Of a stretch of DNA of 64,000 bases, positions 1 to 12,489 are shown in pieces. Under the pieces are notes generated by a model, which searched no databases, had not been told where the DNA came from, and saw only the letters and a program-made list of their open reading frames with translations. The DNA comes from Hypanus sabinus (taxonomy: Eukaryota). The translations under genes and the position numbers were made by a program. The stretch covers positions 38,564,001 through 38,628,000 of the forward strand of contig NC_082709.1 of assembly GCF_030144855.1 (NCBI RefSeq), in the 5' to 3' direction. Every line of letters starts with the position of its first letter. Within the stretch, counting starts at the first letter, position 1.

Positions 1-276
1 AGAGCCATCAAAAACTCTTCATATGATAAGCCATTCAATTATGAAATTATTTTCATGAATCTCCTTTGAAAACTCCCCAGTTTCAGCACCTACATTCTAA
101 GGTAAAGAGCCCAAACTTGCTTACAATACCCCAAGTGAGGCCTCAACAGTGCTTATAAAGTTTAATAAACATTACATCCTTGCTTTTATACTCTAGTCCT
201 CTTAAAATGAATGCTAGTGTTGCATTTGTCTTCCCCACCACCAACTCAATGCAAATTAACCTTTAGGGAATCCTGC

Positions 277-1020
277 TGACACAGTCATCTCTCTGACACA
301 GTGGTGTCAAGAAAACCTCTCCCTCAATGTCACCAAAACAAAGGAGCTGCTTGTGAATTACAGGAGGAATGGAGACAGGCTAACCCCTATTAACATCCTC
401 GGACCTGGGGTTGAGAGGGTGAACAGCTTTAAGTTCCTCGACATCCATATCACCGAGGACTTCACATGGTCTGTACACACCAGCTGTGTGGTGAAAAAGG
501 CACTACAGTGCTGCTTTCACCTCAGACAGTTGGGGAAGTTTGTATGGCCCCCAAATCCTAAGGACTTTCTAAAGGGGCACAATTGAGAGCATTCTGACTG
601 GCTGCATCACTCCCTGGTATGGGAGCTGTACCTTCCTTAATCGCAGGACTCTGCAGAAAGTGATACGGACTGCTCAGCGCATTTGTAGTTGTGAACTTCC
701 CACGATTCAGGACATTTACAAAGACAGGTGTGTAAAAAGGGCCTGAAGGATTGTTGGGGACCCAAGTCATCCCAACCACAATCTATTCCAGTTGCTACCA
801 TCTGGGAAACAGTACTGCAGCATAAAAGCCAGGACAGCTTCTTTCACCAGGCTATCAGACTGATTAACTCATGCTGACTTGAGCGTACTCTATATTACAC
901 TGACTGTTCTATATATTATAAATTACTATGATTGCACATTTAGATGGAGACGTAACGTAAAGATTTTTACTCCTCATATATGTGAAGGATGTAAGAAATA
1001 AAGCCAATCCAATTCAATTC
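277..1020 (+). mobile_element. Rex1/Babar-like LINE 3' fragment
   Basis: VERVNSFKFL..HITEDFTWS motif; ends in AATAAA plus (CAATT)n; splits the contiguous CR1 sequence. Confidence 0.75.
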
Positions 1021-3149
1021 CCAAGGACTCCCAAGTCCCATTGCACAAAATTTTTTTGTATTTTCTCTCCATTTAGAAAATAGTTAACCCTTTCATTTCT
1101 TCTACAAATGTGGATGACCATACATTTTCCAAAACTGTATTCCATCTGCCTCTACTTTGCCCATTCTCCTACTCTGTCTTAGTCCTTCTGTAGGTTCTCT
1201 ACTTCCTCAAAACTATTATTGGCTAGCATACTTTCATATTACAGAATACTTTTAACTTAATTATTTTTTTAGTTGCCTTCTGTTGGTTTTTAAAAGCTTC
1301 CCAATCCTCTAACTTCCCACTAATTGTTGTTCTATTGTCTGCCCTCTCTTTGATTTTTATTTTGGTTTTGACTTGTCTTGTTAGCCACAGTTGTGTCATC
1401 TTTCCTTTAGAATATTTCTTCTTCATTGGGATGTTTACATCCTGTGCCTTCCAGATTACTTCCAGAAATTCCAGACATTGCTGCTCTGCTGTCATCTTTT
1501 CCAACCAATTCTAGCCAACTGCTCTCTCATGTCTCTGTAATTCCCCTTACTGCACTGTAATACTGACACATCTGACTTTAGCTTCTCCTTCTCAAATTTC
1601 AGGATGAATTTGATCATATTATGATCACTTGCCCTAAGGGTTCATTTACCTCAAGCTCTCTAACCATCTCGGTTCATTGCACAACACCCAATCCAGAATA
1701 GCTGATCCCCTTGTGGTCTCAACCACGAGCTGCTCTAAAAAAATCATCTCGTAGGCACTCTAGAAATTCCCCCTCCTGGAATCCAGCACCAAGCTGATTT
1801 TCCCAATCTACCTGCGTATTGAAGCCCCCATAACTATTGTAACATTGCCACTTGACATGCATTTTCAATCACCTGCTGTAACTTGTAGGCCACATCCTTA
1901 CTACTGTTTAGGGGTCTCTATATAACTCACTTTGGCATCTTTTTACCCTTGCAGTTCCTTAGCTCTATCCACAATGATTCAACACCTATGTCACCTCTCT
2001 CTAATGATTTCATCACATTTTTTCCAAACAAATCAATGTCTCCCCCTCTGCCTTCCTGATTATTCTTTGGATACTATATGCATCCTCGGACATCAAGCTC
2101 ACAGCTATAACCTTTCAGCTATGATCCCGTGATGCTTACAACATCATACCTGCCAACCTGCAACCGTGCTGCAAGTTCTTCTACCTTATTCCATATACTG
2201 CACACATTCAGATGTAACACCTTCAGTCCTATATTCACCCTTTTCAGTTTTGTCTCACTGTGCTCAACCTTTTGATTCCTAACCTCATCAGAGATCTTAC
2301 CAACATCTGCCTTCACAACCTCCCCACTAACGGTTCTGGCACTCTGGTTCCCATTCCCCTGCAGCTCTAGTTTAAAACCCACTGTGCAGCATTAACAATT
2401 CTTCCCAATAGGATGTTATTCTCCCTCAAGTTCAGGTGCAACCTGTCCCTTCTATACAGGCCCTTCCTTCCTTGGAAGCGAGCTCAATGATCCAAAAATC
2501 TTATGCCCTCTTACACCAACTCCTTAGCCACTTATAAAGGGGATAATCTTCCTAGTTCTAGCCTCACTAGCAGGTGATATGGGTAGCAATCCTGAGATCA
2601 CAACCCTGGAATTCCTGCCCTTTAACTTAGCACCTGACTGAACCTCATCACTCATCCAGCCCATGTCATTGGCACCTACGTGGACTACAACTTCTGGCTG
2701 TTCACCCTCCCACTTAAGAATGCTGAGGACTCGATCTGAGATATCCCAGACCCTGGCACTCAGAAGGCACCATGCCATCTGGGTATCTTGTTCTCGCCCA
2801 CAGAACTTCCAGTCCATTCCCCAAACTAATGAATTCCCTATCACCACAGCGTGCCTCTTCCTCCCCCTTCACTGCTGAGTCACAAAGGCAGACTAAGGGC
2901 TAAAGATCCAACCATGGTGACTTTCCTCAGTTAGGCTTTCCCCCACCCCCACACCAACAGTTTCCAAAGTGATATACCTGTTGTTGAGGGGGATCACCAC
3001 AGGGGTACTCTGCACTGGCTCCTTAACCCCTTTCCCCTTCCTGAGTCTCACCTAGTTTCTTGTGTCCTGCACTTTTGGTGTGACTACCTCTCTATATGTC
3101 CTATCCATCACCCCTTCAGTCTCCCGAATGATCTGGAGTTCATCCAGCT

Positions 3150-3754
3150 GGTCTACCTGAACAGATACTGGTGACCTTTTACCGCTGCACCATAGAGAGC
3201 TTCTTAACGTACTGCATCTCTGTGTGGTATCTCAGTTGTACAGCAGCTGATAGGAAAGCACTTCAGCGAGTTGTCTCTAGTGCACAGAAGATCATCAGGA
3301 CTCAGCTCCCAGCCCTGGAGGACACCTACAGCTTACGCTGCCTAAAGAAAGCTACAAGCATCTGTAAGGACAATACACACCCATGCAATCATCTGTTTGA
3401 ACTTCTTCCATCTGGCGGATGCTATAAGATTTTCTATGCCCGCACTTCCAGACTGAAAACTAGCTTTCTCCACAGCTATAATTGCTCTGAACCAATCGAT
3501 CAAGCACCACCCATAAATTTGTTATATTGCTATTTTTGATACTGGTTTTAATGGCTGTCATTCATCTAAGGTGAATTTTGTACTGCTGGACATTGCTTGT
3601 ACTAGCTGGTTAATTGACTTTATTTATTGTTTGTTTATTTGTTGTTTTATAGCATTGAATACGAGTGTTGCAAACTCATTTTCACTGTATTGGTGCATGA
3701 CAAATTGTACTATGCAATGACAATAAAGATAATTCATTTCATTTTATTTTCGTT
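3150..3754 (+). mobile_element. Rex1-like LINE 3' fragment with 7-bp TSD
   Basis: FYRCTIESFLTYCISVWY...LPSG motif; AATAAA plus ATTTC-like tail; TCCAGCT repeated at 3143-3149 and 3755-3761. Confidence 0.8.
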
Positions 3755-4611
3755 TCCAGCTCCAACCCCTTAGCGCAGTTTGTTAGAAGCTGCAGCTGGA
3801 TACACTTAGTTGCAGTGGTCAGGGATACGAGAGGTCTCGCTGCCTTCCCACATCCCACAAGAGGAGCATTCCACTATCTTGCCTGTCATCTCTATTGGCC
3901 GAGCTGAGTAGATATAGAGAAGAAAAAAAAACCTGAGCTTTTCTTTTTCTTTGCTTTCTCTCTCAGAAGCCTGTCTTCTGAGATCACCACTCAAACAACA
4001 GCTGCTGTGACGATGGCCTCTGTGCTTACCCCTGCCTTCCTTTAATTTGCTCTGAATAATCAATCCCAAACCCCGAATGGACACTGTTCAAGGCTCTTTT
4101 ATGGTACTGTGAACCACTCCTGCCTTTCATATTCAGGCACTGGACCTGTTTGAAGACCCTCCTCTCCAAACTTCCAATAGCCGGTCTGGCCACTGGTCAA
4201 AGCTCTGGAGCAACATACACAAACTACTGGAGGAATTCAGTAGGTCAAGCAGCGTCTATGGAATGGAATAGACAGTCAATGTTTAAGACTGAGACCTTTT
4301 ATCAGGATTCCATCAGCACTGTATGTTTTTGAGGGCATAAAGTTAATCTACCCTGAAGCAATTTGTTCATGTTTTTATTGAGACACAAAAGCCTATCCAG
4401 ATCGATCTGATTTTTTAAAAAAAAGCTTTGACAGTGCCAAATTTGTACTTATTATATTTCCAGCTAGAAGAGTGGTTTCCAAACCTACATGCTGGAAATC
4501 AGAAAATGGTGGAAAAACTCAGCAGACCAGGCAGTATCTGTGGGGAAAAAAGTTTACAATTAAGACACAAGAGATGGCAGGTGCTGGAATCTGGAACAGT
4601 ATAAAAGGCCT

Positions 4612-4925
4612 CTCTGGTACAAGAGGACATCACTTGAGGATTGCAGGGTGCCCATTCAGAACAGAGATACTAAAAAAAATTTTTAGCCAGAGGGTGGTGA
4701 ATCTATGGAATTTGTTTCCACGGGCGGCAGTGGAGGCCAAGTCATTGGGTGTATTTAAGGCAGAGATTGATAGGTATCTGAGTAGTCAGGGCATCAAAGG
4801 TTATGGTGAGAAGGTGGGGGAATGGGACTAAAGGGGAGATTGGATCAGCTCATCATGAAATGGCAGAGCAGACTCGATAGGCCGAATGGCCGACTTCTGC
4901 TCCATTGTCTTATGGTCTTATGGCA
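4612..4925 (+). mobile_element. CR1 3' end
   Basis: TRGH...FSQRVVNLWN...FKAEIDRYL motif and (TCTTATGG)2 tail. Confidence 0.85.
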
Positions 4926-7019
4926 TTTGAGGAACTCAGGCAGTATCTATGGAGTGAAATAAGACAGTCAACATTTCAGATTGAGACCCTTCATCTGGAC
5001 TGGAAAGAAAGGTGGGGATAGCCACTTTGAAAAGGTGGAACAAGAGCTGTCAGGTGAAAAGTGGATCAAGGTGAAGGGGCAGGAGGCAATAGGCAGAAGC
5101 TGGGAGGTGTTAGGTGCAAGTGACAAAGAGTTGAAGATGATGCAATATGATAGGACAGTGAAGCAAAGAATTAAGGGAGGGAGGTGGGGAGAGGAATTGG
5201 TAGGAGCAATACAGGGGTGATAGAGTTGGAGTTGGAGGAGGGGGGATCATTTGGATAAGGAGAGTGAGAGAAAAAATAACAAACAAAAGGAAAAAGAGAA
5301 AATTGGACAGAGGGTGCGTGGTTGCTAGTAGCTTGCAAATTTGAAGTTCATGCTGCCAGGGTTGAGGCTGATCACTTGGGATGTGAGCTGTTGTTCCTCT
5401 AAATTTCATTTGGCCATGAATCAGCAGTGGAGGACAGGCATGTCAGTATAGGAAGGTCACGTGGAACTGATATGGCACAGCAGGGATTTTGGACACTGGT
5501 CTCTGCCAATATTGTCTCATTATAGCTGCTGCATGTTACAGCTGTAGCTTCAATAAATCTTTTATCGCTATTGTCCCTCCTCCAGGGGTTTCACCCTGAG
5601 GATTTCAAGCTAGTAGGGTAAAGATTCTCACTACTAATTCTACTCTTAACAGTTGTCTTCAGCTTCTAATCGTTTCTGTCCTTGTCCGTCCTGTGCCCAG
5701 CCCGCACCACCCTTGCATAGGGTTTTTTTCAAGTTCTTTTTTTTAAATCAGTAAACCTCGTTTTCATACCTCCGCAGGTAGAACTTTCCAACATTACAAC
5801 TTTGGGTTTAACTTACCTGAGTTACACTTTTGTGTTGCTCTCTTAACTATGAAGGGTCCTAGACCTGAAATGTTAACTGTTAATCTTTCCACATATGCTA
5901 TTTGACCTGTTGAATTTTCCATCATTTTCTGTTTTTATCTCAAGGCACTATTTATTCAAAACATCAGTGTCAAAGTAGAAGCAAAGTAATTGTGAAACAA
6001 TATTTGGATGATCTACAACATGCACACCCAAAACTATCTTAAACTGTTCCAGAAAAAAATAAAATCTCTCTCATTCACTCCCTAAGATAGCTGGCAATGT
6101 AAACTGTCAACAGAGATATCTTATTCACAAAACAGTTGTCAGAGAAAGCTGGCATCCTTTAGGTGCCTTTTCTTTACTAAACAATCACTTCCTTGAGTTT
6201 CTCAATCTTCACAATCTTTTGCGATGCTAAGCCTGACTTGGTGACATGAATCAATCCTTAAATGAGTGACCCACATTAAAGGAACATTTATTGGCTGTGG
6301 ATTGAGATCACATTTGGTACTTGTCTGAAAAGTTTAAACTCAAGAATCATAGTAACATAAAAGGATAGTTTTCTTCCCAGAACTACTGAGCTATAAAACT
6401 GACAGACTGACTAAACAATGTTATCTATTTAAGGGTCATAAAAACATGTTAAGACGTGCCTTTCTTGGCCAAGACAGATTCCAGTCCACTCAATTGTTTA
6501 TGTACTGCAGTGAAATATTCAATTATCAAAGTATGCATGAGTTTACGGCAGCTTAATTGCCAAACAAATTCTGTCATGTGTAACATTTAAGATAACACGT
6601 ATAACATGAAATCGCATGCTATCTGGATTATATTAAATTTTTGCTACTATTTGCATTCAAGTAATTTTCTAATTATTTCCATTTCAATTTATTGTAACAT
6701 ACCATTTTAAACTATAGGGCACTTCTGTAATGTTTTATGAATATTACAGGATTAGACATAATCCAGGTGGCATGCTATTTGTATAGATGTTAAATGTTAC
6801 ATTTAATAGAACTTGTTTTCCAACTAAGCTATTGTAAGCTGGTGCGTAGCTTGACGAAATATTTCACTGCTGTAGCATAAACAAATGAGTGGATTGGGAT
6901 CTGCAGCAGCCATGGCAGGCTTACCTTAACATGTGATTTTATTTTAAAATATGCCACATTGTTCAAATAATTTGAATATAGTCTGTTAGATTAATTGCAG
7001 CTGAATAGGATTTCTAAAT

Positions 7020-7750
7020 TACCACATTAATTGTCACTAACTTCAGAAGGACTTACATGGACGAGCGTTGGCCCTCAAAAACATTCCTTGGCTTCCCCAA
7101 CAAGAAGTCCTGGATGAAGCAGGAGATTCATAATCTGCTGAGGGCTAAATCTGTGGTGTTTAGGTCTAGTGGAAAGTCCATGGATGGCCTCCCAAAGTCC
7201 ATTGCAAGGGCAAGGAGGCAATTTTGGACTAAACTACAATCAAGATGGATGCTGGACAGCTGTGACAGGACTTGCATAATGGAACTTCCTACCAGTTGAA
7301 ATCAGATAGCATACCTGATCAATTACCCCCAAATGAGCTCAATACCATTTATGCATGCTTTGATTTGGAGAACTATAACACACCCATACGATCCTTCACA
7401 TCTCTGGATGACCCTTAACTTCAGACTCTGAGGCTAGTGTCAGTGAATCCACAAGAACGGTCTGGTCCAGGTAGTGTACTAAACATCTAAGTGGACCAAA
7501 TGCCTGGGGTACAAATAGAAATATTCAACTTCTTGTTTCTGAGGTCTGAGTTCCCAATGTGCCCAGTTCAATGGATGCCTTTTTGAAGAGTGTAGTGATC
7601 AATTGTTACTATCTGTTGGCACTCACATTAGCCATAATCAAGGCGTTTAGATGTTGGATGTGGCGCAAATCCAACTGTCGCCTCAGAGATCTGCTCCAAT
7701 CTGCCTACTGCCACAACAGATTAACTGCAGATATGATTTATCTGCCTCTT
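7020..7750 (+). mobile_element. Highly decayed Rex1-like LINE fragment
   Basis: FPNKKSWM and LQSAYCHNR remnants typical of this LINE type. Confidence 0.55.
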
Positions 7751-7751
7751 A

Positions 7752-10700
7752 TTAGGAATTAGGAAAGCCAGGAGGGGCCAGTAAAAGTCTTTAGCAAGTG
7801 GGATTAACAAGAATCCTAAGGCATTATAGGCTTTTTAAACATATATATATATACACACACATCAAAAGCAAGAGGATAACTAGGGTGAGGGTAGGACCAT
7901 TCAAGGATAAAGGGGAACATTTGCTTGGTGTGGAGGATGTGGGTGAGGTCCTTATTGAGTACTACATCAGTAGTTACCACGGAAAATGACATGGAGGACA
8001 GGGAGATCAGTGCCAAGAATATTAATATGCTAGGTCATTTTGAGGAAAAGGAAGAGGTAGTGTTTGGCCTCTTAATGAGCTTTAAGACGGATAAGCCCCC
8101 AGGGTCTGATGGGATATACCTCAGGTTATTGAGAGGGGAAAGAGTTTGCTGGGGCATTGACTAATATCTTCATGTTCTCTTTAGCCACAGGCAAAGTCCC
8201 AGAGGATGGCGACTTTGTTGTTCCATTATTCAAGAAGGGAAATAATCCTGGGAACTATAGACCAGTGAGTCTTATGCCAATGGTAGGGAAGTTACTGGAG
8301 ACAATTCTTAGGGGTAGGATTAATGAGTATGTGGAAAACCATGGCCTAAATAGGGAGAGCCAGCATGGCTTTGTGTGGGACAAGTCATGTCTAACTAACT
8401 TAGACTGAGTTTTTTCACAAGGTGACGAGGATGATCAATGAAGATAGAGCTATGGAGGTTATCTACATGGATTTTTGTAAAGCATTTGACAAGGTCCCTC
8501 ATGGGAGGCTCATCCAGAAGATTACGATGCATGGGATCCATTGGCCATTTGGATTCAGAACGGGCTTGTCTGAAGACAGAAGATGGAGAGTAGTGGTCAA
8601 AAGGACTTATACTAGCTGAAGGTCTGTGATTCGTCGTTTTCCACAGGGATTTGTTCTGGGACCTCTGCTGTTTGTGATGTTATGATCCCAGCCCCCTCCT
8701 TTGTGAGAATCGCAAGAGCACCCGTTGAGGGGGGGTCAGTAGACCCAGGAAGTGGGAGCGAGAGAGACGTGCTGAATAGACTCAGGAAGTGGGAGAGAGA
8801 GAAACGTGCTGAATAGCACGTCCCACCCGGGATGCAAAATAAGGCGACAGTGACTATTGTCTCATGGAGACCACGTGAAAAGCCCTCGGGCAAAGTGGGT
8901 TGGTTGAGAGAGAGATTGCATCATCCCAACCTGATTGACACCTGCGACCCCGTGAGGAAGTATAAAGGAGGGTCAAAGGGGGACAGCCCCTCAGACGCAC
9001 CAAGAAGACACGAGAGTGATCCCGCAGCAGTGGGAAGCCATTTTGAAGGAAGCCACGTGCGTTAGATTCCGGGATTGGAATTTGTGGCTGGAATCACGGA
9101 AAACCGCTTTTAACTAACATTGGGGAGGGGGAACCAACGCTCCCCCGATTCCACGGAAGCTTCATAAAGACCCGGCAAGTTTTTCCTCTTCTGCCCAATC
9201 TCTCTCTCTCTCTCGCCCCACGTGAAACCCAGCGATTCCCAAAAGGCTGAAGCCTGCAGACTTCTGAGTGACTTTTATATTTCCAATGGACAATATATTA
9301 TCCCCTAGACAACAGTCGAGATTATTTCTTAAAGATGCTTATTACTATACCCGCGCTTTAGATTGAGTATTGATGACGTGCATTATCTGAATGTTTGTAT
9401 TAACCTTACTTTTGTGCCCCTTTATAAATAAAAATGTTTGAAAATAGTGACATCAGACTTCAACGGACCTCTCTATCTTTGCTGGTAAGTTATCCAGTTA
9501 CGGGATACGTAACAGTGATGTATATAAATAACCTGGATGAAAGTGTAGGTGGGTGGGTTAGGAAGTTTGCAGACAATATGGAGATTGATGGTGTTGTGGA
9601 TAATGTAGAAGATTGGCAAAGAATAGAGTGGGATATAGATCAGTTGCTGATAATGGATTGAGAAATGTCAGATGGAGTTTGGCCCTGCCATAGGTGAAGT
9701 GCTGCTCCTTAGTAAGTTAAATGTAAAGAGACATTACACTATTAAGACTCTTGCAGTGTTGATGAGCATAGGGATTTTAGGGTCCAAGTTCATAGTTCCC
9801 TGAAAGTGGCTACACAGTTTGATTCAAAGAAAATTTATTATTAACAGTATATATGCAGTTTACAACCCTGAAATTCATCTTCCCCACAGACAGACTTGGA
9901 AGAAAGAACCATGGAACCAACTTATTAAAAAAAAAATCAACACGCCGCCCCCCGCCCCGTACAAAAAGATGTGCAAATAACAACAAAAAACAAGCAAAAA
10001 CAAAATCAAAATGCATTTTTTAGTTCAGGTCAGCTCATTTTTCGTTATCCAGCCACCCTGATTCAAAAATAGCAACAAAAAAGAGCGACCGTAACTAGAA
10101 CTAGAAACGAGAACACATCATAAACCTGAACTGGAGTCCAAATCTACAACCGCATCGATTGAACTCTCCTCCGGCAGTATCCGCCGACTGCACCGAGGGT
10201 GAGGGAGATCACTTAAGCACAAAAGTTCTTCCCCCAAGAACAGCGAGCGACCGCAGCGCACCGCAGCAGTGAGTGAGAGGCCGCTAGGTGGCACTGGCAC
10301 GCTCGCCCTGCGCAACTCCTCGATGATTTCATCTTCCCCGGCGCTTTGATCAGCGAGAGATGGAGTCGAACGTGGGTCTGAGTCCAGCTCCTAGCTCCCT
10401 GGCCTCCATGCTGCACAATTTGGTTGCAGGCTCATGCAACGCTCTCGGAGACAGCAAAGCGCCAGCGAAATCACTGCCAGAATGTAGATTGCAAGTTCTA
10501 ACAATACCAGAACCACATTTGAAATAAGATGTTTTAAAAAAGTGCAAGGAATTGATATTTGAACTGTCTTGAGGATGTCACTTTTGATAGCGTTGTTCAT
10601 CAGAGCCATGATAAGGTGGTTAAGAAGGTATAAGCCATGCTCGTCTTTATTAGTCGAGGCATTGAGTTGAAAATTCAGAAAGCCATGTTACAGCTTTATA

Positions 10701-10975
10701 AAACTCTAGTAAGCCACATCTGGAGTACTGCAAACAGCTCTGCGCCCCCGCCTGCCACCTCGTTATAGGAAGAATGTTGAGAGGTTGGAGCGAGTGCAGA
10801 AGAGGTTTACCAGGATGGTGCCGGGATAAGGGGATATTGTATGTGCTATAACAAGAGGCTGGACAAACTGGGGTTGTTTTCTCTGGAGTGGAGGAGGCTG
10901 AGGGGAGATGTGATAAAAGTTCATAAGATTATGAGAGGAGTAGACAGCATCTTTTCCTCACGGTTGAAATGTCAT
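7752..10975 (+). mobile_element. CR1 RT region with a nested solo LTR and a second insertion at about 9820-10608
   Basis: PGNYRPVSL, SQHGF, YMDFCKAFDKVPH and KFADN motifs; the CR1 text resumes after each insertion. Confidence 0.85.
8678..9514 (+). mobile_element. Solo LTR (837 bp) of a Gypsy/ERV-type element
   Basis: TGTTATG...CGTAACA termini; GTGA TSD at 8674-8677 and 9515-9518; TATAAA at 8961; AATAAA at 9427; internal tandem duplication near 8748-8816. Confidence 0.88.
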
Positions 10976-11159
10976 GCATTTATGGCGAGGGGCGGTGGTA
11001 GTCGCTAAGCACAGTTCCAATGCCATCTTCAAGTTAGCCAATGACTCTACCTTTGAGTTGAATAGCACACCTGTTTGAGTGGTGTGCTTTCCTACACACA
11101 GCAACAACAACCTCTCACTTATCAGCAGCACAACTAAAGAGCTGACTGTTGACACATTC

Positions 11160-12480
11160 TATCAAAAGGACAGGTAGGAAGGCAGAGAGGGTGGTGTTGC
11201 TCTGTTGGTAAAATAAAATGAAATCAAATCATCAGAAAGAGGTGACAAAGGGATGAATGGTGTTGAATCATTGTAGATAGAGCTGAGGAACAGCCTGATG
11301 GGAGTTGTATACAGACCCCCGAACAATAGAAAGGGTGTGGTCCAAAAGTTACAACAGGAGATAGAAAATAGATGCCAAAAGGGTAATGTTACAATAGTCG
11401 TGGCGGATTTCATATCAGGTTGGTTCTGGATTCCAGGAGGGGGAACTTCCAAAGTATCTATGAAATGGCTTTTTAGGGCAGCTCATGGTTGACCCACTAG
11501 GGTATCAGATAATCTGGATTGGGTGTTGTGCAAAGAACCAAAATTGATTATAGAGAGCTTAAGGTAAAAGAACACTGAGGGCAAGTGATCATAATATAAT
11601 CAAATTCACCCTGAAATTTGAGAAGGACAAACTAAAGTCAGATGTATCAGAATTACAGTGGAGTAAAGTGTAAAGTAAAGTAAAGTACAGTGGAAAAGAA
11701 CACTAGCAAGGATGATGGCAAAGTAGCAATAGCGGGAATTTCTGGAAGCAATTTGGAAGGTGTAGGATATACACATCCAACGTAGAAAGAAGTATTTTGA
11801 AGGCAAGATGACACAACTGGGACTAAAAAGGGAATTCAAAGCCAACATGAAAGCCAAATAGGGGGCATATTATAGAGCAAAAAATAATGGAAAGTTAGAG
11901 GATTGAGAAGCTTTTAAAAACCAACAGAAGACAACTAAAACAGTCATTAAAAACATAGAGATGGAATATGAAAGTAAGCTTGCTAATAGTATTAAAGAGG
12001 AGAACAAAGGTTTCTTCAAATACATAAAGTGTAAAAGAGAGGCAAGAGTGGATATCAGACCACTGGAAAATGATGCTGGAGAGGTAGTAATATGAGACAA
12101 GGAAATGGTGGATGAACTGAATAAGTATTTTGCATCATTCTTCACTGAGGAAGACACTAGCAGTATGGTGAAAGTTCCAGGTGTCAGGGGTTGTGAAGTG
12201 TTTGAAGTTACTATGACTAAAGAGAAAGTTCTTTAGAAACGGAAAGGTCTGAAGTTAGATAAGTCACCTGGACCAGATGGTGAACACCCCAGCATTCTGA
12301 AAGAAGTGGCTGAAGAGATTGTGAAGACATTAGTAGTGATCTTTCAATAGATTCTGGAATGTTTCTAGAAGTCTGGAAAATTGAAAATGTTTCTCCACTC
12401 TTCAAGAAGGGAGAGAGGCAGAAGAAAAGAAACTACAGGCCAGTTAGTCTGATCTCAGTGGTTGGGAAAATGTTGGAAAG
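11160..12480 (+). mobile_element. CR1 ORF2 fragment (endonuclease to RT start)
   Basis: GVVYRPPN motif, SDHN-like site and NYRPVSL-like end. Confidence 0.85.
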
Positions 12481-12489
12481 ATTGAAATA

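Larger units (their letters stand above)
1..4040 (-). mobile_element. Degenerate CR1-type LINE interrupted by two Rex1-like insertions
   Basis: Minus-strand remnants of ORF1 zinc finger (VECSSCGMWE), ORF1 esterase (VIGNSLV, VVHVGAND), endonuclease (LHLNVCSIWNK) and RT C-terminus. Confidence 0.85.

Noticed and set aside
5940-7020. Repeat-free AT-rich island (also 16680-17330), a possible enhancer or exon of an upstream neighbour such as SLC40A1
   Set aside because: No recognisable exon or ORF; conservation cannot be judged without alignments.
9820-10608. Insertion with CpG-rich short ORFs, similar in style to 18830-19570
   Set aside because: It looks like the 3' portion of an unclassified repeat in minus orientation; the ORFs have no recognisable motifs.
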